Below are positions 47,885 to 56,406 of a DNA stretch of 64,000 nucleotides, piece by piece. Below the pieces are notes generated by a model. It saw nothing but the letters and a program-made list of their open reading frames with translations, was not told the DNA's origin and did not search any database. Position numbers and translations under genes: made by a program. The stretch is taken from positions 1 to 64,000 of the IMG/VR virus record IMGVR_UViG_3300047409_000248. One strand, written 5' to 3'. The DNA comes from a virus. Within the stretch, counting starts at the first letter, position 1; each line of letters begins with the position of its first letter.

Positions 47885-48504
47885 GGAAATGCAGCCTTCT
47901 GATCTTTCTTGAGAAGCCAGACAGCGGTGCCGTCCGGCATGGCGTTCTTTGCAACAAGCTTATAGGCAGGATTGGCTAGCCAGAGTTGGCTCCAGTCCAT
48001 TTTATATGTGAGCAATCCATCTACATGCTTGTTTGGGACAGAATGAGGAAACTCTGGGTCAAAATCATGAATAATGATGTAGCCGCCATCTTGCAGGATA
48101 TTGTTGCCTTGGGTCGCGATCTCGAAATGCTCTTCGGGATCACAAACATAAAGGCAAAAACCATAGATGATTAAGCTAAATGCATTTGCTTGATATGGAT
48201 GACCAGTGACGGTCCCACGATCTATATGAATATTTGGGAAGCGGGCCTGTCCATTTGAGATCGCCACAGCGGATGGATCAAGCCCACAGCACTCCCAGCC
48301 ATAATAATTTCTAAGATTTTCTAATCTCCAGCCATTAGAACAGCCAAACTCAAGGACACCTCTGCCATGAGATGGCAGCACGCTCTGCTTCATTATGGCG
48401 AAGACTGGATCATGAGCTTCTTCGTCCTGCATCTTCCAGAAGTTACGGTTGAACCAAGCGTCTCCTTCGCCCTCTGCAAAGATATCTTCCTGCTTGCCCA
48501 TCAC
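47827..48504 (-). CDS. Class I SAM methyltransferase of the type found beside nonulosonate clusters
   Basis: FAEGEGDAWFNRN, VLEFGCSNG, GGYIIIHDF. Confidence 0.85.
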   Translation of the reverse strand: MMGKQEDIFAEGEGDAWFNRNFWKMQDEEAHDPVFAIMKQSVLPSHGRGVLEFGCSNGWRLENLRNYYGWECCGLDPSAVAISNGQARFPNIHIDRGTVTGHPYQANAFSLIIYGFCLYVCDPEEHFEIATQGNNILQDGGYIIIHDFDPEFPHSVPNKHVDGLLTYKMDWSQLWLANPAYKLVAKNAMPDGTAVWLLKKDQKAAFPCLSEFSDSAPSAQDTPAT

Positions 48505-49313
48505 GTTTTCTCCGGAATGTTCTCCAGAATGATCATATAGTTTGGAGAACAGGCGTAATGATCACCCATGTTAGGCAATTTTGAGGCAATTTCATTGATG
48601 GGGTGATCATAGGATGGCTCTTTGCCCTCAAGGGCAGCTAGTTTGGCATAAACTACCCTTGAGAGCAGATAGTAGAGGTTTCCGATGTTCTCCGACATCA
48701 CCAAGGAGAAGAGTTTGCCGATGTTGTCGGCTATAAACGTGGAGAATTCCTTCTCTGGAAGGTAAAAGTTGTGCCAGCGCTGTTCAATCGGCGGCAAATC
48801 GACCATTTCACGGACCTTGTTGAGCTTATTGAGCCCATCCGTGATGTTTTCGACCAAAATCAGGTTGCCATCCTTCTCCAGAAGCTTCCGCATCTGCAAA
48901 ATGCCGAGTTTTTGCTCTTCCCAGTTGGCCAGATTGATCAAACAGCGCGTGCTGATCACTGCACCGAAGCGCAATTGTTGTAAATTGGGATGCCGAGAGA
49001 TCGAAAGCACGTCACCAACGAAAAAAGTCACGTTAGAAACGCCAGCGGCAGCCTTCTTGGCCTCTTCGATCATCTTTTCGGAGTAATCAACGCCGATCAC
49101 GATGGCTGTAGGATTGGCCTTGGCGATCTCCAGCGTAGAGAAGCCGTTACCGCACCCGACATCTAGGATGGTATCTGGCTCCATAAGCTTCAGGACTTCC
49201 AGAATGCGCTTGATCTCGACGTTGACGCGGTAGAAATGATCCGGCGCCGTAGCCAGATCACTCTCGCCATGCTGTTCAGCCTGTTCGTCCCAGAACGTCT
49301 TTACATCAGTCAT
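48501..49313 (-). CDS. Class I SAM methyltransferase
   Basis: ILDVGCGNG, GVDYSEKMI, RCLINL. Confidence 0.88.
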   Translation of the reverse strand: MTDVKTFWDEQAEQHGESDLATAPDHFYRVNVEIKRILEVLKLMEPDTILDVGCGNGFSTLEIAKANPTAIVIGVDYSEKMIEEAKKAAAGVSNVTFFVGDVLSISRHPNLQQLRFGAVISTRCLINLANWEEQKLGILQMRKLLEKDGNLILVENITDGLNKLNKVREMVDLPPIEQRWHNFYLPEKEFSTFIADNIGKLFSLVMSENIGNLYYLLSRVVYAKLAALEGKEPSYDHPINEIASKLPNMGDHYACSPNYMIILENIPEKT

Positions 49314-49819
49314 AGAAGCCTTCCAAATCTAAAGAGTGGATACCTGATACCGCCCTCATCCATGAAATGATCATGGATATGAGCCTCCATGGGCATCTGC
49401 ATCTTTGCAAAGAGTATGACCATGCCGGTGTTTAGAGGGTGGCAGCCGCCTTCTATCTTCTGAACGCCATTAACTCCCAGCCAATCCATGATGCCTTGCC
49501 AAGCCTCTGCGCCGTATCCCTTGCGCCATTCAGACTTTTCACCAAGCATGATGCCGATCTCAGCCCTCTTGTGAGGCCAACAGATGTTTGTGGAGATGCT
49601 GCCAATAGGAGTGCCGTCGTCAAACTTCTGGATTTCCCACAGATGATCAGAGTAGCCATCGAAAGACTCGAAATATTTCTTCTGGCTATTCTTGGTATGA
49701 TTAAGGAACCGCTGTTCGCTAAATTCAACAACATAAGGGTCAGTAAGCCATCGAAGATAATGATCAAATCCGGATGGATCAGTTAACTTCAATCGAGCCG
49801 TTATCAGGACCGGAGTCAC
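49310..49819 (-). CDS. GNAT N-acetyltransferase (RimL/PseH-like)
   Basis: YLRWL.DP, AEIGIMLGEKSEWRKGYGAEAW. Confidence 0.85.
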   Translation of the reverse strand: MTPVLITARLKLTDPSGFDHYLRWLTDPYVVEFSEQRFLNHTKNSQKKYFESFDGYSDHLWEIQKFDDGTPIGSISTNICWPHKRAEIGIMLGEKSEWRKGYGAEAWQGIMDWLGVNGVQKIEGGCHPLNTGMVILFAKMQMPMEAHIHDHFMDEGGIRYPLFRFGRLL

Positions 49820-49998
49820 TTCTTGACCCTCTTTGCTTCCGGAGGGGTCATCTCGATAGCGTGCTCTGTCAGCGTGAGCATGCCTTCCAACAGCACCATC
49901 ATGTGCTTGGAATTGGCATCGAACTCGCCAAGCTTCTTCCGCTCCAGATGCGTATCTGAGATAGAATGATAGAGTTCAATCAGGTCTTTGCGCTTCAT
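49816..49998 (-). CDS. Hypothetical protein
   Basis: Coupled to both neighbours. Confidence 0.5.
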   Translation of the reverse strand: MKRKDLIELYHSISDTHLERKKLGEFDANSKHMMVLLEGMLTLTEHAIEMTPPEAKRVKK

Positions 49999-50258
49999 GC
50001 CTTCACCTTGTTTGTCTTGAGCATGGCAGTGAATATTGAAATATCGGTCTTGACCGCAGGCTTGAACCTAGATCGGTGCCACCAGCCTTCCACACCACCA
50101 ACCTTCAGGAAGATTTCCCGATACCCCTCTCGGATATCGATAATGCGGTAAGCTTGCCCTTTGACGAGATACTTTCCTGCTTCTCCCCCGCATGGAGTTG
50201 GTTCTTTGTTTTCCCGATCTGTCTTTATGCAGATCACTTCCTGCCCGACCTGAAACAT
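49995..50258 (-). CDS. Small SH3-like phage protein, first gene of the leftward operon
   Basis: MFQVGQEVICI...GQAYRI...RFKP...TDISIF; AAGGAG SD. Confidence 0.7.
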   Translation of the reverse strand: MFQVGQEVICIKTDRENKEPTPCGGEAGKYLVKGQAYRIIDIREGYREIFLKVGGVEGWWHRSRFKPAVKTDISIFTAMLKTNKVKA

Positions 50259-50284
50259 CGTCATCTCCTTCGTCCACCCAGAAC

Positions 50285-50320
50285 GTATTGACACATTGCG
50301 GCGCAATTATGTTATCAAGT
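50285..50320. promoter_or_regulatory. Quasi-palindromic divergent promoter/operator between the sugar operon and terL
   Basis: TTGACA (+, 50288) and TTGATA (-, 50318) flank the palindrome ATTGCG-G-CGCAAT. Confidence 0.45.
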
Positions 50321-50324
50321 CCAT

Positions 50325-51929
50325 ATGGACCAAGCTAAAATTGCTCAAATAGCCAAGGCGACCGCCAAGCTTCGTGAGAAAATGGAAGCGGCGGCTTATG
50401 AAAAGAGCCTGATCAGTTTCGTTGATTATGTCTGGCCAGTGGTTGAACCGGCCATCCCATTCGTCAAAGGCTGGGCCATCTCGGCAATTGCCGAACATCT
50501 GGAAGCCGTTACCCATGGCGAGATCAAGCGCCTCCTGATCAACGTCCCGCCCGGCTTCTCCAAGTCATTATTAACAGATGTGTTCTGGCCCGCATGGGAG
50601 TGGGGACCGCAAAACAAGCCATGGTATAGATATGTCTGCGCTGCATATTCCAACCATTTGACAGAACGAGACAATATGCGGTGCAGAAACGTGGTGATGA
50701 GTGATCGTTACCAGCGGCTCTGGAGTTCTCGTTTCAAGATTTCCAACGATCAGTTCACCAAGGTCAAATTCGCCAATGACCAGACCGGCTGGAAGCTGGC
50801 TACTTCGGTCGGAGGTATCGGTGTCGGTGAACGCGGAGACAGGTTCATCATCGATGACGCCAACAATACCATGATGATGGAGTCAGAAGCCGTCCGCGCC
50901 AACGTCAATATGTGGTTTACGGAAGTCGTCCCTGATCGCCTCAATAACCCGTCAAAGTCGGCAATTGTCGTTATTCAACAGAGGCTTCATGAGGAAGATG
51001 TCTCTGGTGTGGCTATCTCCAAGGAACTTGGATACACGCATCTGATGATCCCGATGCGATATGAGCCGAGTCGCCATTGCGTCACTGTTCTTGGTAAAAA
51101 TCATGTTGGCGAAGATATCCAATGGGAGGACCCCCGCGTAGAAGAGAACGAACTGGCGTGGCCGGAACGGTTCCCTGATGAGGTCTGCGACCAGCTAGAG
51201 CACGCCAAAGGCCCCTACGCTTGGGCGGGCCAGTACCAGCAGACCCCAGAACCCCGTGGCGGCGCCATTATCAAGCGGGACTGGTGGCAGCTATGGGAAG
51301 AAAAGAGTTATCCCCGGGTAGAATTCATTCTGGCTTCGCTGGACAGCGCCTATACTGAAAAAGAGGAAAATGACCCTTCTGCCATGACGTTTTGGGGGGT
51401 TTTCCGGGATGAAATCGGCAATCCCAAGGCTATGTTGCTTCATGCTTGGGAAGAGCGCTTGGCCCTGAATGACCTTGTTCAGCGGGTTATTGAAAGCTGT
51501 ACGGTTGATCAGCGCAAATTAACCACTGGTTATCCCCGATATCGGGTCGATAAGCTCCTGATTGAGAGCAAAGCCAGCGGCATCTCGGTTTCTCAGGAAA
51601 TCCGGCGTCTGGTTGGTTTTACAGGACAATTAGGCATCGAATTGGTTAACCCTACTCGACAAGGCGATAAGGTCGCTCGCGCCCATAGTATCGTGCATTT
51701 ATTCTCGGAAGGTATGATTTACGCTCCGGACCGGGAATGGGCCGATAAAGTCATCGATCAATGTGCTTCTTTTCCTAAGGGCTCCCATGACGATTTGGTT
51801 GACTCGACAACCATGGCCCTCAGGTACTTGAGGGAAATGGGTTTTGTACTCAGGAAAGATGAGTATCAATTTGAGGTGGATGAAAAGATGGCTTATAAGC
51901 GGATACAACAAGCACTCTACCCCGTGTAG
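50325..51929 (+). CDS. terL: Terminase large subunit
   Basis: LLINVPPGFSKS Walker A, FIIDD Walker B, QRLH, YQQ.P, IESKASG, FPKGSHDDLVDS. Confidence 0.95.
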   Translation: MDQAKIAQIAKATAKLREKMEAAAYEKSLISFVDYVWPVVEPAIPFVKGWAISAIAEHLEAVTHGEIKRLLINVPPGFSKSLLTDVFWPAWEWGPQNKPWYRYVCAAYSNHLTERDNMRCRNVVMSDRYQRLWSSRFKISNDQFTKVKFANDQTGWKLATSVGGIGVGERGDRFIIDDANNTMMMESEAVRANVNMWFTEVVPDRLNNPSKSAIVVIQQRLHEEDVSGVAISKELGYTHLMIPMRYEPSRHCVTVLGKNHVGEDIQWEDPRVEENELAWPERFPDEVCDQLEHAKGPYAWAGQYQQTPEPRGGAIIKRDWWQLWEEKSYPRVEFILASLDSAYTEKEENDPSAMTFWGVFRDEIGNPKAMLLHAWEERLALNDLVQRVIESCTVDQRKLTTGYPRYRVDKLLIESKASGISVSQEIRRLVGFTGQLGIELVNPTRQGDKVARAHSIVHLFSEGMIYAPDREWADKVIDQCASFPKGSHDDLVDSTTMALRYLREMGFVLRKDEYQFEVDEKMAYKRIQQALYPV

Positions 51930-51954
51930 GTCAGCTTGTAGGGGTACACTATAG

Positions 51955-54609
51955 ATGGCGGCTGGTCTTACCAATCTTGATCCAATCGATGTAACGGGTT
52001 CTCCCCCGTCTAATCCCTTTTCCAAGCCGCAAACTGTTGAATTAAATCAGCCTGATAACGTGGTGTCTATGAACGGGGGCGTCCAGCAGGTAAAAAATCC
52101 TGATGGCTCCGTTACCTTTGACTTTAGTCCTAAGGTTGCTCCCTCCGAAGACGACAAGGACGATTTCTACCGTAATCTGGCCGACGATATCGAGGAGGGA
52201 GAGCTTGATCGTATCTCCGCTGAACTGCTGGATGGCATCCAGATCGATATTCAGTCCCGTAGAGAATGGCTGGATACCGGGGCTCGCGGCATAGAATTAC
52301 TTGGTTTTAAACTGGAAATCCCGACCGGCGAGGCTACCGGAGAGGGCATTTCCAAGGTCCGACACCCTCTTCTGGCTGACGCTGTACTGAGGTTCCAAGC
52401 TAATGCCCGTGGCGAGCTACTTCCTTCTGGAGGCCCGGTAAAGGTCCGAAATGACACTACTTTGGGTCCTAAGTCCCCTCTCCAGCAAACGCCACCGCCA
52501 CAACCTCCTCCGCAGCCGCCTCAAATGGGCCATAATGGTGGTCCACCGATGGGTGGTCCCGGGGCCGCACCTCCGGGGCCGTCCGCAGGAGGCCCGCCGC
52601 CTCAACCCCCACCGACAATGGCAGGTGGGCCTCCTGCACCCAATCAGTCCCCGGGCATGCAAAACCCAGCCCTAAATGCGGCTGGGCCACAAACTGCCCC
52701 TGCTCCGGGGGCACCTCCTCCTACTGGCATGATGCAGCCGCCAGCGCCTGCTATTCCGGATGGCCAGAATGATCCTGCCGATGAGATGGCGCAGGCTCTG
52801 GAGACGGACTTCAATCATTACCTGACAGCGGTAGCTACCGAATACGTGCCTGACACGGATCGGATGCTATTCTGGGTGGGCGCGCGAGGACAAGGGTTCA
52901 AGAAGGTCTACAACTGTCCTTTGAGAAATCGTCCGGTTTCAGAAAGCGTGGACGCTGAAAATCTGGTGGTGAATAATGCCACGACGGATTTGGATAATTG
53001 TGGACGCATCACGCACATTATCAAGATGCGTCCCTCTACATTGAAGAGGATGCAATTAGTCGGCGCCTACCGCGACATCGATCTCGTCTCAGCCCCAGCC
53101 TACGTACCCCCGACGCCAGTTGACCAAGCCAAGAACGAAATATCAGGCATCACTCCTCAGGCTCAAAAACCGCAAGACGCTGAGCATGAAATCTATGAGT
53201 GCTATTGCGAACTGGATATCTCGGGTTTCGAGCATAAGAATAAGGGGAAGATAACGGGATTAGCCGTTCCTTATGTGGTGACAGTCCACAAGGAGAGCCG
53301 CAAGGTTCTACAGGTTCGCAGGAACTGGGAAGAAAAAGACAAGCTCTGCATTGCCAAGCAATACTTCGTCAGCTTTCCCTTCGTTAATGCCACTGGCTTC
53401 TATGGTATTGGTCTTATTAACATTCTAGGTAATACGACTGCTGCGCTGACAGCGGCTTGGCGTGAATGTCTGGATGCCGGGATGTTCGCCAATTTCCCCG
53501 GCTTTGTGTTCCAGAAACAGTTTGGGCGCCAGCTAACCAACAACTTCCGCGTCTCCCCCGGTGGCGGCATTGGGCTTGATACAGGCGGCATGCCAATCAA
53601 CCAAGCCGTCATGCCACTTCCCTATAAGGATATCGGCGCAGCCTTTGCTGCCTTCATCCAGCACATGGAGGAAGTCGGTCAACGGGTAGGTGGCGCTGCG
53701 GATATCAGCATTGGCGAAGGCAAACAGGATGCGCCTGTCGGGACTACGCTAGCGCTGATCGAACAAGCCACCAAGGTTATGGATGCAGTGCACAAACGAT
53801 TGCATGCCTCTCAGGCCAAGGAATTCATGCTGCTAAAGGATCGTTTCAAGGAGGACCCGGAAGCGTTCTGGCGGTTTAACAATCACCCCGCGATGCCTTG
53901 GAAGAAGTCTCAGTTCCTGAAAGCCCTTAATGACTGCAATCTTGTTCCGGTGGCTGATCCGAATAACCCGACCAGCATGCATCGGATTGCAAAGGGTGCG
54001 GTTATTCAAGCCTTGGCCTCTGCCAAACCGCAACTATACGATCCGATTGCTGTCGATGTACGCACCATGCGTATTGCTGGCATTGATCCGCAGGGGCTAT
54101 TCCGTCCAACGCCTGCCGCGCCGCCTCCCGATCCGGGGATGATAGCCGCACAAGCCAAGATGCAGGCTAACCAGATGCAGCAGCAGGCCCAGATGGCCCA
54201 GATGCAGCTTAAGCAGCAAATCCAGCAGATGCAGTCTCAGGACAAGGCGGCTGATCGTGAAAGCCGCGAGCGCGTCGAACAGATGAAGATCGTGCTGGAG
54301 CGCCTGAAGATCATCGAAGAGCGCATCATCCATGGCGATCAGGAACAGGGCGGCGATCACGACGCTCTGGCCAAGGCTGCCGAGCTAATCATGCAACAGC
54401 ACCAGCACAACAGCCAGCTTCAGCATGACCAACAGTCCCAGCATACTCAACTAGCCGTGGACGATGCCCAGCATCGTCGGGAACTGGAGCATGAGCGCCA
54501 GATGGCCCTGCTTGATCATGGAACCAAGGTTCATATCGCTGGACTGAATAACGAAGCCAAGATCGAAGCCGTTAAAGCAAGACCAAAGCCGACATCAAAG
54601 GGGAACTGA
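51955..54609 (+). CDS. Portal protein with Pro-rich insertion
   Basis: Follows TerL; HPLLADAVLRFQA..RGELLP, FYGIGL, PVGTTLAL.EQ; Q-rich C-terminal barrel. Confidence 0.88.
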   Translation: MAAGLTNLDPIDVTGSPPSNPFSKPQTVELNQPDNVVSMNGGVQQVKNPDGSVTFDFSPKVAPSEDDKDDFYRNLADDIEEGELDRISAELLDGIQIDIQSRREWLDTGARGIELLGFKLEIPTGEATGEGISKVRHPLLADAVLRFQANARGELLPSGGPVKVRNDTTLGPKSPLQQTPPPQPPPQPPQMGHNGGPPMGGPGAAPPGPSAGGPPPQPPPTMAGGPPAPNQSPGMQNPALNAAGPQTAPAPGAPPPTGMMQPPAPAIPDGQNDPADEMAQALETDFNHYLTAVATEYVPDTDRMLFWVGARGQGFKKVYNCPLRNRPVSESVDAENLVVNNATTDLDNCGRITHIIKMRPSTLKRMQLVGAYRDIDLVSAPAYVPPTPVDQAKNEISGITPQAQKPQDAEHEIYECYCELDISGFEHKNKGKITGLAVPYVVTVHKESRKVLQVRRNWEEKDKLCIAKQYFVSFPFVNATGFYGIGLINILGNTTAALTAAWRECLDAGMFANFPGFVFQKQFGRQLTNNFRVSPGGGIGLDTGGMPINQAVMPLPYKDIGAAFAAFIQHMEEVGQRVGGAADISIGEGKQDAPVGTTLALIEQATKVMDAVHKRLHASQAKEFMLLKDRFKEDPEAFWRFNNHPAMPWKKSQFLKALNDCNLVPVADPNNPTSMHRIAKGAVIQALASAKPQLYDPIAVDVRTMRIAGIDPQGLFRPTPAAPPPDPGMIAAQAKMQANQMQQQAQMAQMQLKQQIQQMQSQDKAADRESRERVEQMKIVLERLKIIEERIIHGDQEQGGDHDALAKAAELIMQQHQHNSQLQHDQQSQHTQLAVDDAQHRRELEHERQMALLDHGTKVHIAGLNNEAKIEAVKARPKPTSKGN

Positions 54610-54610
54610 G

Positions 54611-54850
54611 ATGCCTGAAGTTAAGGAAGTTGTAGGGACCAATCTGTTACTTTATACAAAGTTTGAGCCAAAGTTCCAAATAGGTGATACAGTTAGGCTG
54701 AAAAGTGGCAGTCCCTTGATGACTGTCGTGGCATGTGACAACACAGAAGTTCAGGTTCATTGGTATGTTGGCGATCAGCTAAATGGTGCCAACCACCCTA
54801 TTCAAGCAGTAAAGGGAGCGGGGCGGAAGAGTCACCATGTTAACGGCTGA
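54611..54850 (+). CDS. YodC/DUF2158-like small protein
   Basis: FQIGDTVRLKSGSPLMTV. Confidence 0.8.
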   Translation: MPEVKEVVGTNLLLYTKFEPKFQIGDTVRLKSGSPLMTVVACDNTEVQVHWYVGDQLNGANHPIQAVKGAGRKSHHVNG

Positions 54851-55316
54851 TATAGCTAGGAAGATTTGGTCTTACGATACTGACACGGGTTTCTTCTTTT
54901 GGAAGGAGAGTCCTAAGTATGATGTTTTGGTTGGTACTAGGGCTGGGTATTTTGACGGTAAATACTGGCGCTTAGCTTACAGAGGTAAGCGCTATAAAGC
55001 CTCTCGCGTTGCATGGTTATACACTACTGGTGAGTGGCCAAAAGATCAGATCGACCACATCAATGGTGATAAACTAGATGATCGTATTATAAACTTACGG
55101 AATGCTACCAACGCCCAAAACTGCAAAAATAGAAATTTAAGGTCTGATAATACATTGGGGGTTAAAGGCGTGCATCAAACCAAACGTGGGTTTGTTGCTC
55201 AAGTTGTGGTAAACGGTGTTCACGTCTTGAATAAGACCTTTGGAACGCTAGAAGCAGCCCAAGAAGCCTATATCCGCACAGCGCGTGCGGCTCATGGCGA
55301 ATACGCAAGGGTATAG
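54837..55316 (+). CDS. HNH-AP2 homing endonuclease
   Basis: IDHINGDKLDDRIINLR...N..GVKGV...F.T.E.A..AY...HGEYA. Confidence 0.9.
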   Translation: MLTADIARKIWSYDTDTGFFFWKESPKYDVLVGTRAGYFDGKYWRLAYRGKRYKASRVAWLYTTGEWPKDQIDHINGDKLDDRIINLRNATNAQNCKNRNLRSDNTLGVKGVHQTKRGFVAQVVVNGVHVLNKTFGTLEAAQEAYIRTARAAHGEYARV

Positions 55317-55320
55317 GAAA

Positions 55321-55788
55321 ATGCATCCATTCAAATCTCAGGCTGAAAGCTCGAACAAGAGCAAGCGGTCTTCCATCAACGCCCCTGCCAAGACACTGCC
55401 TTACTTGGCAATGAACGGAGCCTATAAGGACGTTAAGTCCTCCACGGGCAATCTCCAGCAGCATAAAGACCAGAACGCAGCGCCGGGCATGAAGCGTGGC
55501 GGGCGTCTGGATAAGGGCAAGCGCGGTAAATCAAAGATTGTGCGTGATCTGGTTCAGGCTACTCCTCCCTCGCCGGAAGATATGATCACTGCACAAGCTG
55601 GGGCGGGGGGTCTTTCCCCACCTTCCGCTCCAGCATCTCCTATGCCTCCTCCCCAGATGCCGATGCGGAAGAGCGGCGGCGCTGTTAAGAAGGCCGATGG
55701 CGGCTCCGTCAAACTTGGTAAGTATCCCATTGATGCAGGCGCCATGACCGGCGTGGCCCGTGTGGAGCTACAAAAAAAGTCTAAATAA
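55321..55788 (+). CDS. Basic low-complexity virion-module protein with xxGG motifs
   Basis: MKRGG, RKSGG, KADGG. Confidence 0.7.
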   Translation: MHPFKSQAESSNKSKRSSINAPAKTLPYLAMNGAYKDVKSSTGNLQQHKDQNAAPGMKRGGRLDKGKRGKSKIVRDLVQATPPSPEDMITAQAGAGGLSPPSAPASPMPPPQMPMRKSGGAVKKADGGSVKLGKYPIDAGAMTGVARVELQKKSK

Positions 55789-55973
55789 TGGATACGCTAT
55801 TCGAGAGGGAGCTTGCCAAGCGTTTGGCTGAAGTAAAGCAAGGTAAAACAGATAGCTTTACACAAACTGTCTTGACACAAGACGAGTATCACCGGCAAAT
55901 GGGATACTTTCAGTGTCTCCGCGATATCGAAGCATTGTGCGAAGAAATCAGGAGCGACCTACGCAAAGGATGA
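55788..55973 (+). CDS. Conserved small head-module protein
   Basis: EY....G...L pattern; lies before the GroES-like gene. Confidence 0.7.
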   Translation: MDTLFERELAKRLAEVKQGKTDSFTQTVLTQDEYHRQMGYFQCLRDIEALCEEIRSDLRKG

Positions 55974-55982
55974 GGTATTCTA

Positions 55983-56399
55983 ATGGGGAAAATTGAGGCA
56001 GTGCCGACCTTCCGGATGCTGGACCACGTTAGCGATCCGATCAAAGCCGAGATCATCAAGGACGTAGGTGACATCTCCGAAGTGGAGGTCATGTATAACT
56101 ACGTTCTGCTTGGTATCTACGTCCGCCCAGAGAAAACCCAGTCTGGTCTCTATCTGGCTGATACCACTCGCAAAGAGGACGTTTATCAGGGCAAGACTGG
56201 ATTGGTCCTGAAGGTTGGCCCGACCGCCTTCGTTGATGGCCCTGACATGGATTTCGCTGGCCAGACTGTACAGGTCGGTGACTGGATCGTGCTTCGCCCC
56301 GGTGACGGCTGGCAGGTAAAGGTTGGCAAGCGCGATTGCCGCATGGTCCCGGATACCAGCATCAAGCTGAAGGTCCCCAAGCCCGACATGATTTATTGA
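55983..56399 (+). CDS. groES: GroES-like co-chaperonin
   Basis: EKTQSGLYL...G.VLKVGP.A...VQVGDWIV. Confidence 0.82.
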   Translation: MGKIEAVPTFRMLDHVSDPIKAEIIKDVGDISEVEVMYNYVLLGIYVRPEKTQSGLYLADTTRKEDVYQGKTGLVLKVGPTAFVDGPDMDFAGQTVQVGDWIVLRPGDGWQVKVGKRDCRMVPDTSIKLKVPKPDMIY

Positions 56400-56406
56400 G
56401 GTCGAT

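Noticed and set aside
41114-49819. Sugar cluster as flanking host chromosome (prophage boundary)
   Set aside because: It is flanked on both sides by phage genes and interleaved with phage-type small ORFs, with no att site or integrase seen.
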